Below are positions 10,188 to 19,038 of a stretch of 64,000 bases of DNA, one piece after another. The first letter of the stretch is position 1, and each line of letters opens with the position of its first letter. The position numbers and the translations under genes were made by a program. The stretch spans positions 96,001-160,000 of IMG/VR virus record IMGVR_UViG_3300030117_007612; one strand, written 5' to 3'. A model generated the notes under the pieces. It was not told the DNA's origin, searched no databases, and saw only the letters and a list, made by a program, of their open reading frames with translations. The DNA comes from a virus (lineage: Duplodnaviria; Caudoviricetes).

Positions 10188-10563
10188 AAAACAAATTGTT
10201 GAATTTGTAATAAAATATTGGAAGGAAATAGCAGTAGCGGCATTGGTGGTGGTGGTGATTTTAAAAATGAAGCATGATTACAAACTGATGCAAACCGCTT
10301 ACGAAACTAGAATAGAATCCACACAAGCCCAAATCGAAGGACTAAAGGAGATTCACAAAAAAGAATTGGAAGAGAAGCGACTCCTGATGGAAAGTTTCCT
10401 AGAATCAATGGCAGCAATTGAAAGCGATTACGAGGAGGCAAGAGCAGAACTTGAAGACCTCCGACGAGATAAGAAAGAAGATTATACAAAAAAGTTCAGA
10501 CAAGACAAGGAACAACTAATTAAAGATATAGAAACAACATTCGGGATTGAGTATGTTCCTTAA
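10180..10563 (+). CDS. N-terminally anchored coiled-coil protein, i-spanin-like
   Basis: One TM (IAVAALVVVVIL) followed by long helical charged region; start overlaps upstream gene. Confidence 0.4.
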   Translation: MIKKQIVEFVIKYWKEIAVAALVVVVILKMKHDYKLMQTAYETRIESTQAQIEGLKEIHKKELEEKRLLMESFLESMAAIESDYEEARAELEDLRRDKKEDYTKKFRQDKEQLIKDIETTFGIEYVP

Positions 10564-10975
10564 ATTACTACTAATGTTGTCACTGGCGGCAAATGCAACC
10601 GAGCCCGCTAAGTTCACTATGTTAGAGTACAAACAGCCAGCACCCTTTGAGGGTGTTTTGTTTAATGAATTTGCAATATCAACAGTGCTATCTGATTATG
10701 AAATAGCCGCCTATTCATGCGATATAAGAACTGATTATGAATTAAAAAAGTTGCAAGAAAAATATAATTTTGAATTTGAAAATCTAAAAATAGAACACAA
10801 CTCGCTGATCAATGAGTACGATTTATTCATAATGCAGAAGGATAGAGAAATAAATTCTTTAACCACTGCTCTAAAAAAAACTTCGCCCCGCTACAAATGG
10901 CTGTGGTTTGCTGGTGGGATCCTCATTGGTGGTGCAAGTTCATATGGCGTATATAAATTGTACAATGAAAAATGA
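10553..10975 (+). CDS. secreted/membrane coiled-coil protein, spanin-partner-like
   Basis: Signal peptide MFLKLLLMLSLAANA, coiled coil, C-terminal TM WLWFAGGILIGG; overlaps previous gene. Confidence 0.35.
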   Translation: MFLKLLLMLSLAANATEPAKFTMLEYKQPAPFEGVLFNEFAISTVLSDYEIAAYSCDIRTDYELKKLQEKYNFEFENLKIEHNSLINEYDLFIMQKDREINSLTTALKKTSPRYKWLWFAGGILIGGASSYGVYKLYNEK

Positions 10976-11351
10976 AAAAGATCTAAATTACATCGCCGCC
11001 GTCGAAAAAGCAATTGCAAAGAAATATGGACAAGAGACGGTACAAAATCCGAAAGGAAATTGGGACGATGAAAAGGAAAAAGAGTACCTTCAACAGATCA
11101 AGGAATTTGCGCAAAAACAACGCAAAATCGAAGAAGGCTCAGAGAAGGTAGATGTTAATGGCATTTTGGTGTCAAAAAAACTACTTAATAAAGAACCCGC
11201 AGGTTCTTGTCCTGTTTGCGGAAAGTATCTTTCTATTGCAAAAGATGACATATGCATCGCAAAATTTAATTGCTGCTTTCAGTGTTACGTAAAATGGGTC
11301 GAGGATCGAGAGGAAAGATGGGCATCTGGATGGCGACCAAATGAAGATTGA
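10965..11351 (+). CDS. zinc-finger hypothetical protein
   Basis: CPVC...CIAKFNCCFQC; ATG 10965 preferred over the ORF-track start. Confidence 0.6.
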   Translation: MKNEKDLNYIAAVEKAIAKKYGQETVQNPKGNWDDEKEKEYLQQIKEFAQKQRKIEEGSEKVDVNGILVSKKLLNKEPAGSCPVCGKYLSIAKDDICIAKFNCCFQCYVKWVEDREERWASGWRPNED

Positions 11352-11649
11352 CGACATTAGAGATTTGATAAGACAAGAGCTTCTTAGTAGAACAAATCAT
11401 GACGTACGTGAAATTAAAAACGAAGTAAATGAGCCACAGCCACCCGACAATGAAGGTCGCATGGCGAAGTCGGAATTATATAAGCTTAAGAATTATGCAG
11501 AAAAGGTAAGCGACATGATAAGCGACACAGAACAACTAGAAGGGTGGGTCCAGTCAAAAATAACTAAGGCTGCTGACTACTTAAGCTCAGTTGCGCACTA
11601 TTTAGAGTATGAGAAATCAAGAGAGTTTTCTCAAGAAGGAGAAGAATAA
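11341..11649 (+). CDS. hypothetical protein, possible internal head protein
   Basis: N-term MKIDDIRDLIRQEL variant of the shared motif; QLEGWVQSKITKAADYL core. Confidence 0.55.
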   Translation: MKIDDIRDLIRQELLSRTNHDVREIKNEVNEPQPPDNEGRMAKSELYKLKNYAEKVSDMISDTEQLEGWVQSKITKAADYLSSVAHYLEYEKSREFSQEGEE

Positions 11650-12206
11650 TGGCTTCAGTGATGGACGTAATCAAAGGATTATCGCAAGCCGCAGCCAATG
11701 TTTACGACGGAGCATTGGATGAAAATGGTAATTATTTAGACGTTGGACTTAGAAGAGAGGAAGGCAACCCCCTAATTGATGAGAGAGTCATTGATGGTTT
11801 TAATGTGAAATTTCATGGCAATAGAATGATACTTTGTTATCATACCGCCGTCAAATTAAAAGAAATCCACAACGGCGGCTTTGAATCAGAAATAGAAAGT
11901 CAAATAAACCAAATCGCCAAATTTTTAAAAACTGAATATCGCAAAGTTACAGGCGACAATGTTTCGCTCACTGCGGAAGGTGAAGTTGACATTTTGGTGC
12001 AAAGCGCTGGCTATCATCGCTCTTGGATTCAGGCTTACATGACTTATAACATTGGCGGCATTGAAGAAGTTCAAACTGTTGGCCAAGCTAGTGAAGATTC
12101 TATGGAGGCTTCTTATCGAAAATTTCTCGATCAAGGAGGCTTTAAAGAGAAGGAAACAAAATCTCGCAAAGCCAATGTTAAAGCAAAGGATAATAAGGAT
12201 AAATAA
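11649..12206 (+). CDS. hypothetical phage protein
   Basis: 185-aa ORF, translationally coupled, normal codon usage. Confidence 0.65.
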   Translation: MASVMDVIKGLSQAAANVYDGALDENGNYLDVGLRREEGNPLIDERVIDGFNVKFHGNRMILCYHTAVKLKEIHNGGFESEIESQINQIAKFLKTEYRKVTGDNVSLTAEGEVDILVQSAGYHRSWIQAYMTYNIGGIEEVQTVGQASEDSMEASYRKFLDQGGFKEKETKSRKANVKAKDNKDK

Positions 12207-12209
12207 ATT

Positions 12210-12659
12210 ATGAAACTTACAAAAGAAATACTTAGAGAGATCATTAAGGAAGAAATAGAGAATGCCCGCGATGTGTCAGAGGGCCCTATTGGCTCCGTTG
12301 CCCCTATGTCCACTACAGGCCAACGACGCCCACGTGGCACTGCTCCAAGTCGACCAGTAGAGGAGCCGGATGCTGCAGTGGGTGGGGAAACGACCATGGA
12401 AATTGGAGCTGTCGAAAACATTAAATCGAGACTGGATCAATATATCGCCCAGCCCGGAAACCAAATGAAAGGAAGATTCAACGGTTTGCTCAATTTTCTT
12501 GATGCATATTTGGCCTCTCAAGGTTTGGGCGTTAAAGGCGATTATAGAAAAGAGCGCGGTACCGATACACAACGTAGAACTAAATCAAGACAGGTTGTGC
12601 AAAGAGGCAAAGGCTCTGCTGCTGGCATTGGATTAAAAGAAGGAGAATCCGAAGAATGA
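12210..12659 (+). CDS. MKITxxxLRxIIxEE-family protein
   Basis: Begins MKLTKEILREIIKEEI; contains VSEG and LKEG. Confidence 0.65.
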   Translation: MKLTKEILREIIKEEIENARDVSEGPIGSVAPMSTTGQRRPRGTAPSRPVEEPDAAVGGETTMEIGAVENIKSRLDQYIAQPGNQMKGRFNGLLNFLDAYLASQGLGVKGDYRKERGTDTQRRTKSRQVVQRGKGSAAGIGLKEGESEE

Positions 12660-12754
12660 AAAACGTACTACACAGATTAGCAAACTTATTTAATAGCGAA
12701 CACTGCTGCTGCTGCTGCGGCTGCTGTAGTTGCGCCGGAGCATGTTGCAAATGA
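12656..12754 (+). CDS. 32-aa cysteine-rich peptide (not in ORF track)
   Basis: MKNVLHRLANLFNSEHCCCCCGCCSCAGACCK*; ATGA overlap with both neighbours. Confidence 0.65.
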   Translation: MKNVLHRLANLFNSEHCCCCCGCCSCAGACCK

Positions 12755-12981
12755 AAATCACAAAAGAACAATTGCGTAAGATTATTATGGAGGAGATATC
12801 CTCTGAAGGTGTTGTTGACATGGGCGGCGAGCCAGTTGTCACTGGCCCAGAAGGTGATGCATCCGGAGAGGCCCAAGCCGGCGCTCGCCTTAAAGATGTT
12901 ATTTTATATCTCGAAGGTAATGAAAGAGACGACTTGGCCGAACCACTTCGCAAGATTCAAGAAATGCTAGAGATGCTATAA
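12751..12981 (+). CDS. MKITxxxLRxIIxEE-family protein
   Basis: Begins MKITKEQLRKIIMEEISSEG at ATG 12751. Confidence 0.65.
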   Translation: MKITKEQLRKIIMEEISSEGVVDMGGEPVVTGPEGDASGEAQAGARLKDVILYLEGNERDDLAEPLRKIQEMLEML

Positions 12982-13009
12982 TTATCGGCAGCAGGATAGG
13001 AGACTCACA

Positions 13010-13438
13010 ATGAAGATTACTGAATCGGAAATCATAAAATATATTAAAGAAGAGATGGAGTCTGATTCGGCTTTAGCTGATGCAATTGTAAAACTGTCCA
13101 ATAAGATAGACAACCTAGACGTGAGCATTGACTATCTGGCATCGGCTCTTACTGGCGAAGATGTTTTAGATATTGGCCTCGCGCAAAAAGCTTTTGGCAG
13201 ATTCAGAGCCGCCCCAACTGTAAGTGTTGGCCGTTCTGACATGTCAGAGGGCCTCGTTACAGAAGATGTCTACGACGAGGCGAAGCAAATTGCTAAAGAT
13301 CCCAAACAGATAGATCATCTCTTCCAGCTTCTACAGGCCGTCGTTAGCGTAGCTGCTGATATGAATATGATGGGTATGCGGCTAATGAAATTAGGAGATC
13401 TTCACAAACATGCGACAGAAAAATTCAAAAACAATTAG
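13010..13438 (+). CDS. MKITxxxLRxIIxEE-family protein
   Basis: Begins MKITESEIIKYIKEEM; SD AGGAG upstream. Confidence 0.65.
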   Translation: MKITESEIIKYIKEEMESDSALADAIVKLSNKIDNLDVSIDYLASALTGEDVLDIGLAQKAFGRFRAAPTVSVGRSDMSEGLVTEDVYDEAKQIAKDPKQIDHLFQLLQAVVSVAADMNMMGMRLMKLGDLHKHATEKFKNN

Positions 13439-13685
13439 TAAGTTACAACTTAGGCAGATTGTCAAAGAAGAACTTAGGGCCGTTTTGAACGAAGGGCATT
13501 ATCATGACATGGGCGGCGAAGACGAAATGTACGATGCTTTGGATCCACATGGCATTGCAAAGATGTCAGATGCACAATTAGTAGATGCTGCCTACCGTGA
13601 TGGAATTGAAGAAATTCTAGTTTTAGACAACGAAGGCGATCTTGTAAATCGTGAAGAAGTCATAATGGCACTGAAAAATGTATGA
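13410..13685 (+). CDS. MKITxxxLRxIIxEE-family protein
   Basis: KTISKLQLRQIVKEELRAVLNEG near the N-terminus; start uncertain. Confidence 0.55.
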   Translation: MRQKNSKTISKLQLRQIVKEELRAVLNEGHYHDMGGEDEMYDALDPHGIAKMSDAQLVDAAYRDGIEEILVLDNEGDLVNREEVIMALKNV

Positions 13686-15265
13686 GCTTTCAATTAACCA
13701 AAAAAGATATGATGAAAGAGATCCTAAAGTGCGGCAAGGATCCGACATACTTTCTTAATACATATGCAAGAATTTCACACCCCCTGCACGGCACTATACC
13801 TTTCAGAACATACGATTTTCAACAAGAATTACTAGACGATTTTAATGATTATCGTTTTAATGTGATATTAAAAGCCCGCCAGTTAGGTATTTCGACCATA
13901 ACTGCGGGCTATGTTGTTTGGCTGATGTTGTTTCATCGCGATAAAAACGTTTTGGTTATGGCAACCAAGTTTGGTACCGCCGCAAACCTCGTTAAAAAAG
14001 TCAAAAGCATAATGAAAAACCTGCCTGACTTTATAAAAATTGCAGAAATTTCTGTTGACAACCGTACATCATTCGAATTATCAAATGGATCTTTTATTAA
14101 AGCTTCCTCAACTTCTGGTGATGCTGGTCGTTCTGAATCACTCTCCCTGCTTGTGCTTGATGAGGCTGCTCACATTGAGGGACTAGAAGAGTTGTGGACC
14201 GGTCTATATCCCACGCTGTCAACGGGTGGTAGGTGTATTGCACTATCAACCCCAAATGGTGTTGGAAATTGGTTTCACAAAACATACATGGAAGCTGACT
14301 CTGGGGCAAACAATTTTCACCCCACGAACTTACCATGGGATGTGCATCCAGATCGCGATCAGCAATGGTTTGAAAAAGAGACAGCAAATATGTCTAGACG
14401 ACAAATTGCTCAAGAGCTAGAGTGTAATTTTAATACTTCTGGCGAAACTGTAATTGATCCGGAAGATTTGGAAAAGCTAGCAAAAAACGTGAGAGAGCCA
14501 AAATACAAAACAGCATTTGATAGAAATTTTTGGATTTGGGAAGAGCACGATCCATCGTGCAATTATCTCATGGTTGCTGATGTTGCAAGAGGCGATGGGA
14601 CCGACTATTCTGTATTTCACATTATCAAGCTTGAAACTTTAGAGATCATAGGGGAATACCAAGGGAAACCCACACCAGACTTATTTGGCAATATGATTAA
14701 TCAAATAGGTAGAGAGTTTGGAGATTGTTTGGTTGTTGTTGAAAACAACAGTATCGGATACGCTGTATTGGAAAAATTGGTTGAGTTTGGATATCCGAAT
14801 GTTTACTATTCAGTTAAGTCAACACATGAATATATCGATCAATATCAAGCCGAAAGCCAAACAAATGCGGTGATGGGCTTTTCAACTACTTCAAAGACGC
14901 GTCCTTTAATAGTTGCCAAACTTGAAGAATTCATAAGAAATGAACTAATTACTGTGAATTCTGGTCGTTTAATAAACGAAATGAGGACTTTTATTTGGCA
15001 GTACGGAAAACCACAGGCCATGAGAGGGTACAACGATGACTTGGTTATGTCGTTGGCAATTGCATGTTGGATTAGGGACACCGCACTCCAAGTTAACCAA
15101 AGAAGCATGGATTATCAAAGGGCTTTTTTAAGCTCTATAGTCTACACAAAAACGAGTTTTGATACTACAATTAAGGGAATGGACAAAAACAAAAGCACAA
15201 AAATGACCGATAGAATAGCTGAACAAAAAGAAAGCTATGATCATTTAATGTGGCTAATAAAGTGA
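13682..15265 (+). CDS. terL: terminase large subunit (T4 gp17-like)
   Basis: ILKARQLGIS (Walker A region), LVLDEAAHI (Walker B), LSTPNG coupling motif, nuclease DVARGDGTDYS and NDDLVMSLAI. Confidence 0.95.
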   Translation: MSFQLTKKDMMKEILKCGKDPTYFLNTYARISHPLHGTIPFRTYDFQQELLDDFNDYRFNVILKARQLGISTITAGYVVWLMLFHRDKNVLVMATKFGTAANLVKKVKSIMKNLPDFIKIAEISVDNRTSFELSNGSFIKASSTSGDAGRSESLSLLVLDEAAHIEGLEELWTGLYPTLSTGGRCIALSTPNGVGNWFHKTYMEADSGANNFHPTNLPWDVHPDRDQQWFEKETANMSRRQIAQELECNFNTSGETVIDPEDLEKLAKNVREPKYKTAFDRNFWIWEEHDPSCNYLMVADVARGDGTDYSVFHIIKLETLEIIGEYQGKPTPDLFGNMINQIGREFGDCLVVVENNSIGYAVLEKLVEFGYPNVYYSVKSTHEYIDQYQAESQTNAVMGFSTTSKTRPLIVAKLEEFIRNELITVNSGRLINEMRTFIWQYGKPQAMRGYNDDLVMSLAIACWIRDTALQVNQRSMDYQRAFLSSIVYTKTSFDTTIKGMDKNKSTKMTDRIAEQKESYDHLMWLIK

Positions 15266-15274
15266 GTTTAAAAT

Positions 15275-17236
15275 ATGGCAATTAATCCTAAAAATCCAAG
15301 AAATCCGCAATCTCAATTATTCAAGAGTTTGACAAGATTGTTTTCCGGACCAATCATTAACTATCGTAGTCAGACCGGTCGAAAGATCAGAAGACAACAC
15401 TTGGATAAATATTCGTCAAGGTTCCGTTCAGCCAGTGGGCAACAGTTTAAACGGAGTACCTACAATCCACTAGACGTCGTTGCTGTTAATGCAATTGCAA
15501 ATCAAAGAAGAAGCGAAAGATATATTGACTTCGATCAAATGGAATACATGCCAGAGATTGCCTCGTCCTTAGACATATACGCAGATGAGATGACAACACA
15601 TTCAAGTCTCCAGCCAATGTTAAAAATACACTGCACCAACGAAGAAATCAAAGCAGTGCTTGATGTTCTGTATCACAACATAATGAACATTAATTACAAT
15701 TTATTTGGATGGTGCCGAACGATGTCTAAATACGGCGACTTCTTTTTGTATTTAGATATCGACGAAAAATATGGAGTTAAGTCAACCATAGCCCTGCCCT
15801 CTCAGGAGGTCGAAAGGCTTGAGGGATTAGACGCAACAAACCCAAATTATATTCAATATCAGTGGAATAATGCCGGAATGACGTTTGAGAATTGGCAGAT
15901 ATCTCACTTTAGAATCTTAGGAAACGATAAGTATGCGCCATACGGTACATCAATTTTAGAGCCGGCCCGAAGGATTTGGCGCCAACTTACTTTAATGGAA
16001 GACGCAATGATGGCATATCGTGTCATTCGCTCACCAGAGAGAAGGGTCTTCAAGATCGATGTTGGTTCAATTCCACCACAAGATGTCGAACAGTATATGC
16101 AAAAAATTGTAACACAGATGAAGCGCCACCAAGTTGTTGATCCTGACACCGGGCGCGTTGACCTTAGATATAATCCATTAAGTATTGAGGAGGATTACTT
16201 TATTCCTGTTCGTGCAAATTCCTCATCTGATATAACAACGCTCCCGGGCGGCTCGAACGCAACAGAGATTGACGATATTAAATATTTAAGAGATAAGCTG
16301 TTTTCTGCATTAAAGGTGCCACAATCTTATTTGTCACGCGGCGAAGGCGCCGATGAAGACAAAACGACATTAGCACAAAAAGATATCAGATTCGCAAGAA
16401 CCATTCAAAGATTACAGCGCGTTGTAGTATCTGAGTTAGAAAAGATTGGAATCATTCACTTATACACATTAGGTTTTAGAGGAGACGATCTTCTCAGTTT
16501 CAAGTTGGCATTAAACAATCCATCAAAAATCGCAGAACTGCAGGAACTTGAACACTGGAGATCTAAATTTGATACGGCCGCTGCAGCAAATGAGGGTTAT
16601 TTTTCGAGACGATGGGTTGCTGAAAAACTATTCAATATGTCCGAAGAAGAATTCCTTCGCAATCAAAGAGAGTTGTTTTATGATCGCAAGCAGGATTCTG
16701 CGTTGCAAGCGATTGCCGAAGCAGGCGCCCTCGGCGCCGAAGGCGGCGGATTGGGTGGCGATTTGGGTGGTGACCTAGGAGGCCTCGAAGCCGCCGAGGG
16801 ACCCGAAGCAGATCTAGAAACCGCACCGCCCCCCGCCGATGAGGTACCCCCGGGTGACGAATCAATGCTTCTCACTTCCCCAGAGGGCCCACCCCCGGGC
16901 CATAGAGATTCGCCTACAATTTATAAATCACCAGACGGCCATGGCACCAGCAAATATCATAGAGTAAAAGTCGACCAACGTCGTCTTGGGGCTTTAAGAA
17001 GAAACATGGCTAGGGCTGCCTCTCCGGAGGTAAATACCTATAGAAAGAACAATCTAGGCGCGCCAGAATTAAGAACCCATGCTCGCGGAAGTATTTACGA
17101 GCAACAAGGCCCTATTTATAATGACAATGAAAATCGTCTGTTCGAAATCAATCACGAAGTTAGGGGCTTAATTAAGTCGCTTGAAGAAAAAGAAAACATA
17201 GTGGAGTTAAAAAAGGATGAAACCAAAGCACAATAA
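15275..17236 (+). CDS. portal protein (T4 gp20-like)
   Basis: KYGDFF, YGTSILEPAR, LMEDAMMAYR..R.PERRVFKIDVG, EEDYFIPVR, LPGG, DDIKYLRDKLFSALKVP. Confidence 0.95.
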   Translation: MAINPKNPRNPQSQLFKSLTRLFSGPIINYRSQTGRKIRRQHLDKYSSRFRSASGQQFKRSTYNPLDVVAVNAIANQRRSERYIDFDQMEYMPEIASSLDIYADEMTTHSSLQPMLKIHCTNEEIKAVLDVLYHNIMNINYNLFGWCRTMSKYGDFFLYLDIDEKYGVKSTIALPSQEVERLEGLDATNPNYIQYQWNNAGMTFENWQISHFRILGNDKYAPYGTSILEPARRIWRQLTLMEDAMMAYRVIRSPERRVFKIDVGSIPPQDVEQYMQKIVTQMKRHQVVDPDTGRVDLRYNPLSIEEDYFIPVRANSSSDITTLPGGSNATEIDDIKYLRDKLFSALKVPQSYLSRGEGADEDKTTLAQKDIRFARTIQRLQRVVVSELEKIGIIHLYTLGFRGDDLLSFKLALNNPSKIAELQELEHWRSKFDTAAAANEGYFSRRWVAEKLFNMSEEEFLRNQRELFYDRKQDSALQAIAEAGALGAEGGGLGGDLGGDLGGLEAAEGPEADLETAPPPADEVPPGDESMLLTSPEGPPPGHRDSPTIYKSPDGHGTSKYHRVKVDQRRLGALRRNMARAASPEVNTYRKNNLGAPELRTHARGSIYEQQGPIYNDNENRLFEINHEVRGLIKSLEEKENIVELKKDETKAQ

Positions 17237-18038
17237 AAAAAGAAATACTGCTTTTATATACGAATCTTTAATTAAAGAAATTACTAAAAGTATTATTGAA
17301 AAAAATGATAAAAAGAAAATCAAAACACTGAAGATAGTGAAGAAATATTTTTCAACTGGGTGTATTTTGAGAGAGGAGCTGGAACTTTACAAGAGTCTTT
17401 ATGAAAACTGTGCTTTGGAGAAAGACGAATGCGAAAAAGTTCTCAAAGAAGCTAAACTGCAACATAGATTCCTAAACCCACAGGTAGTGTTTAAGCAGCA
17501 GACAAAACTAATCAACGAGATTAACAAAGAATTAAGCTCGGATGTTTATAACAATTTTATTCCAAACTACAAAACCTTGGCATCCATATCTCAGATATTT
17601 AGTGGAAAACTAAACCCCAAGTCATCGATATTGTTGGAAAAAGAAATAGTTCAATATATGTGTGATACTTCCACTATTGATGAAAAAAATCTCAAACCAA
17701 TTGACAACCTTGTATTAAAGTCGTTTATTGGCAAATTCAATGAAAAGTATTCAAATGATTTATTAAGCGAGCAAAAATTGCTTTTAAGTCATTATATATC
17801 TTCTTTCTCGGATAACGGTGTTCAATTAAAAATGTTTTTGAATGAGGAATTGAGCAGATTAAAAACTGAATTAAAGAAATCACTATCTTTGGATGAGATT
17901 TCAAGCGATTCCATAATGTGTGAAAAAATAAACACCCTAATGGAAAAACTCAATTCTTATTCTAAAGTTGCAATAGATGAGAAAATGCTACGACAGATTT
18001 TAAAAACCCAAAATTTAGTTAAGGGAATTTATGAATAA
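17217..18038 (+). CDS. hypothetical protein in head module
   Basis: 273-aa helical ORF overlapping the portal end (KHNKKRNTAFIYE). Confidence 0.6.
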   Translation: MKPKHNKKRNTAFIYESLIKEITKSIIEKNDKKKIKTLKIVKKYFSTGCILREELELYKSLYENCALEKDECEKVLKEAKLQHRFLNPQVVFKQQTKLINEINKELSSDVYNNFIPNYKTLASISQIFSGKLNPKSSILLEKEIVQYMCDTSTIDEKNLKPIDNLVLKSFIGKFNEKYSNDLLSEQKLLLSHYISSFSDNGVQLKMFLNEELSRLKTELKKSLSLDEISSDSIMCEKINTLMEKLNSYSKVAIDEKMLRQILKTQNLVKGIYE

Positions 18039-18586
18039 TGTCTGTTAGCGTATCCATTGGAAAAGAACTTAATAAGCCAAAACAAAATCTCATAAGGCTT
18101 GAATTAAATATTCGTAAAGCCCTCAATGGCGATCTTATGATTTTCGATCATGGTGATATTGATATTGTTTTAAGTCCTGATGGCAATAAAATTGTAACGT
18201 TCGCGAAGGAGAACATGTCCGATACGGTATACGGCGCCCAAAATAGATTGTTTACTTTCCTTAGAAAAAAAGGAGTGATTGTTCCTGAGTCAGTTCAAGC
18301 AGGCAATGTGTATGGCTCAATGGAAGCAGTCATATTAGAATCAGTTGATGAAAACTTAAGCTCATCAAAGATTGCATTGTTAAATATTTCAAAATTTATT
18401 GATGATGAGCGGCCTTACTTTGAATTCGTCGATAGTATTGTTGATGAGTTTGAAGATGACATGACGGATCCGGAAAATATCGATAGCACTGATTTGGGAG
18501 ATGTTGAGCACTCTGTTGAAAAGGGCTCTATTAGGAAGGGATATGTGAGAGATCCATATTCTTTAAGTTATTTATACACAATTTAA
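18038..18586 (+). CDS. hypothetical protein in head module
   Basis: 182-aa ORF coupled to the previous gene. Confidence 0.6.
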   Translation: MSVSVSIGKELNKPKQNLIRLELNIRKALNGDLMIFDHGDIDIVLSPDGNKIVTFAKENMSDTVYGAQNRLFTFLRKKGVIVPESVQAGNVYGSMEAVILESVDENLSSSKIALLNISKFIDDERPYFEFVDSIVDEFEDDMTDPENIDSTDLGDVEHSVEKGSIRKGYVRDPYSLSYLYTI

Positions 18587-18594
18587 ACTATTTA
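18587..18594 (+). promoter_or_regulatory. putative late promoter ACTATTTA
   Basis: ACTANTTA motif upstream of 18623. Confidence 0.55.
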
Positions 18595-18622
18595 TAAGAG
18601 AAAGGTTTTAGGAGATTAAAAA

Positions 18623-19024
18623 ATGCCAGCAAATTCATGGAGATATCCACCCGGCTTAAACAACGTTGGATCATACCAAGTATCGGGTATGCCATATATC
18701 ACAGGCTCGGCTTCATTGACTTCGGGTAGTGAACACAAGATATCGTTCCCGAAAGTAACACGTGCTGTGACGGTGATGAACCACTCAAGTAACACTCTAA
18801 GGTTTTCGTTTGCCCCTACGGGGTCTAACGGAGATAGGGTTCAAACAGGGTTTCATTATATTGAACTAGATAGTGATGAAGATTCATTTAAATTGAATGT
18901 TAAATGTAAGGAGATTTATGTATCTTCTACAGCGGGCACAGTTGAGTATCGTGTTATTGCGGAATTGACCAATATTGATACCAATTCCATGGGTCCAATA
19001 TCCGGCTCTGGACTCACTGATTAA
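18623..19024 (+). CDS. putative small virion protein
   Basis: Beta-rich ORF with TGS/SGS motifs, SD AGGAG, late promoter upstream. Confidence 0.5.
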   Translation: MPANSWRYPPGLNNVGSYQVSGMPYITGSASLTSGSEHKISFPKVTRAVTVMNHSSNTLRFSFAPTGSNGDRVQTGFHYIELDSDEDSFKLNVKCKEIYVSSTAGTVEYRVIAELTNIDTNSMGPISGSGLTD

Positions 19025-19038
19025 GAAGGGCAATAACA

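Noticed and set aside
16720-16900. GC-rich Gly/Asp/Pro low-complexity stretch in the portal as a foreign insertion
   Set aside because: It is in-frame and consistent with a disordered portal C-terminal tail.
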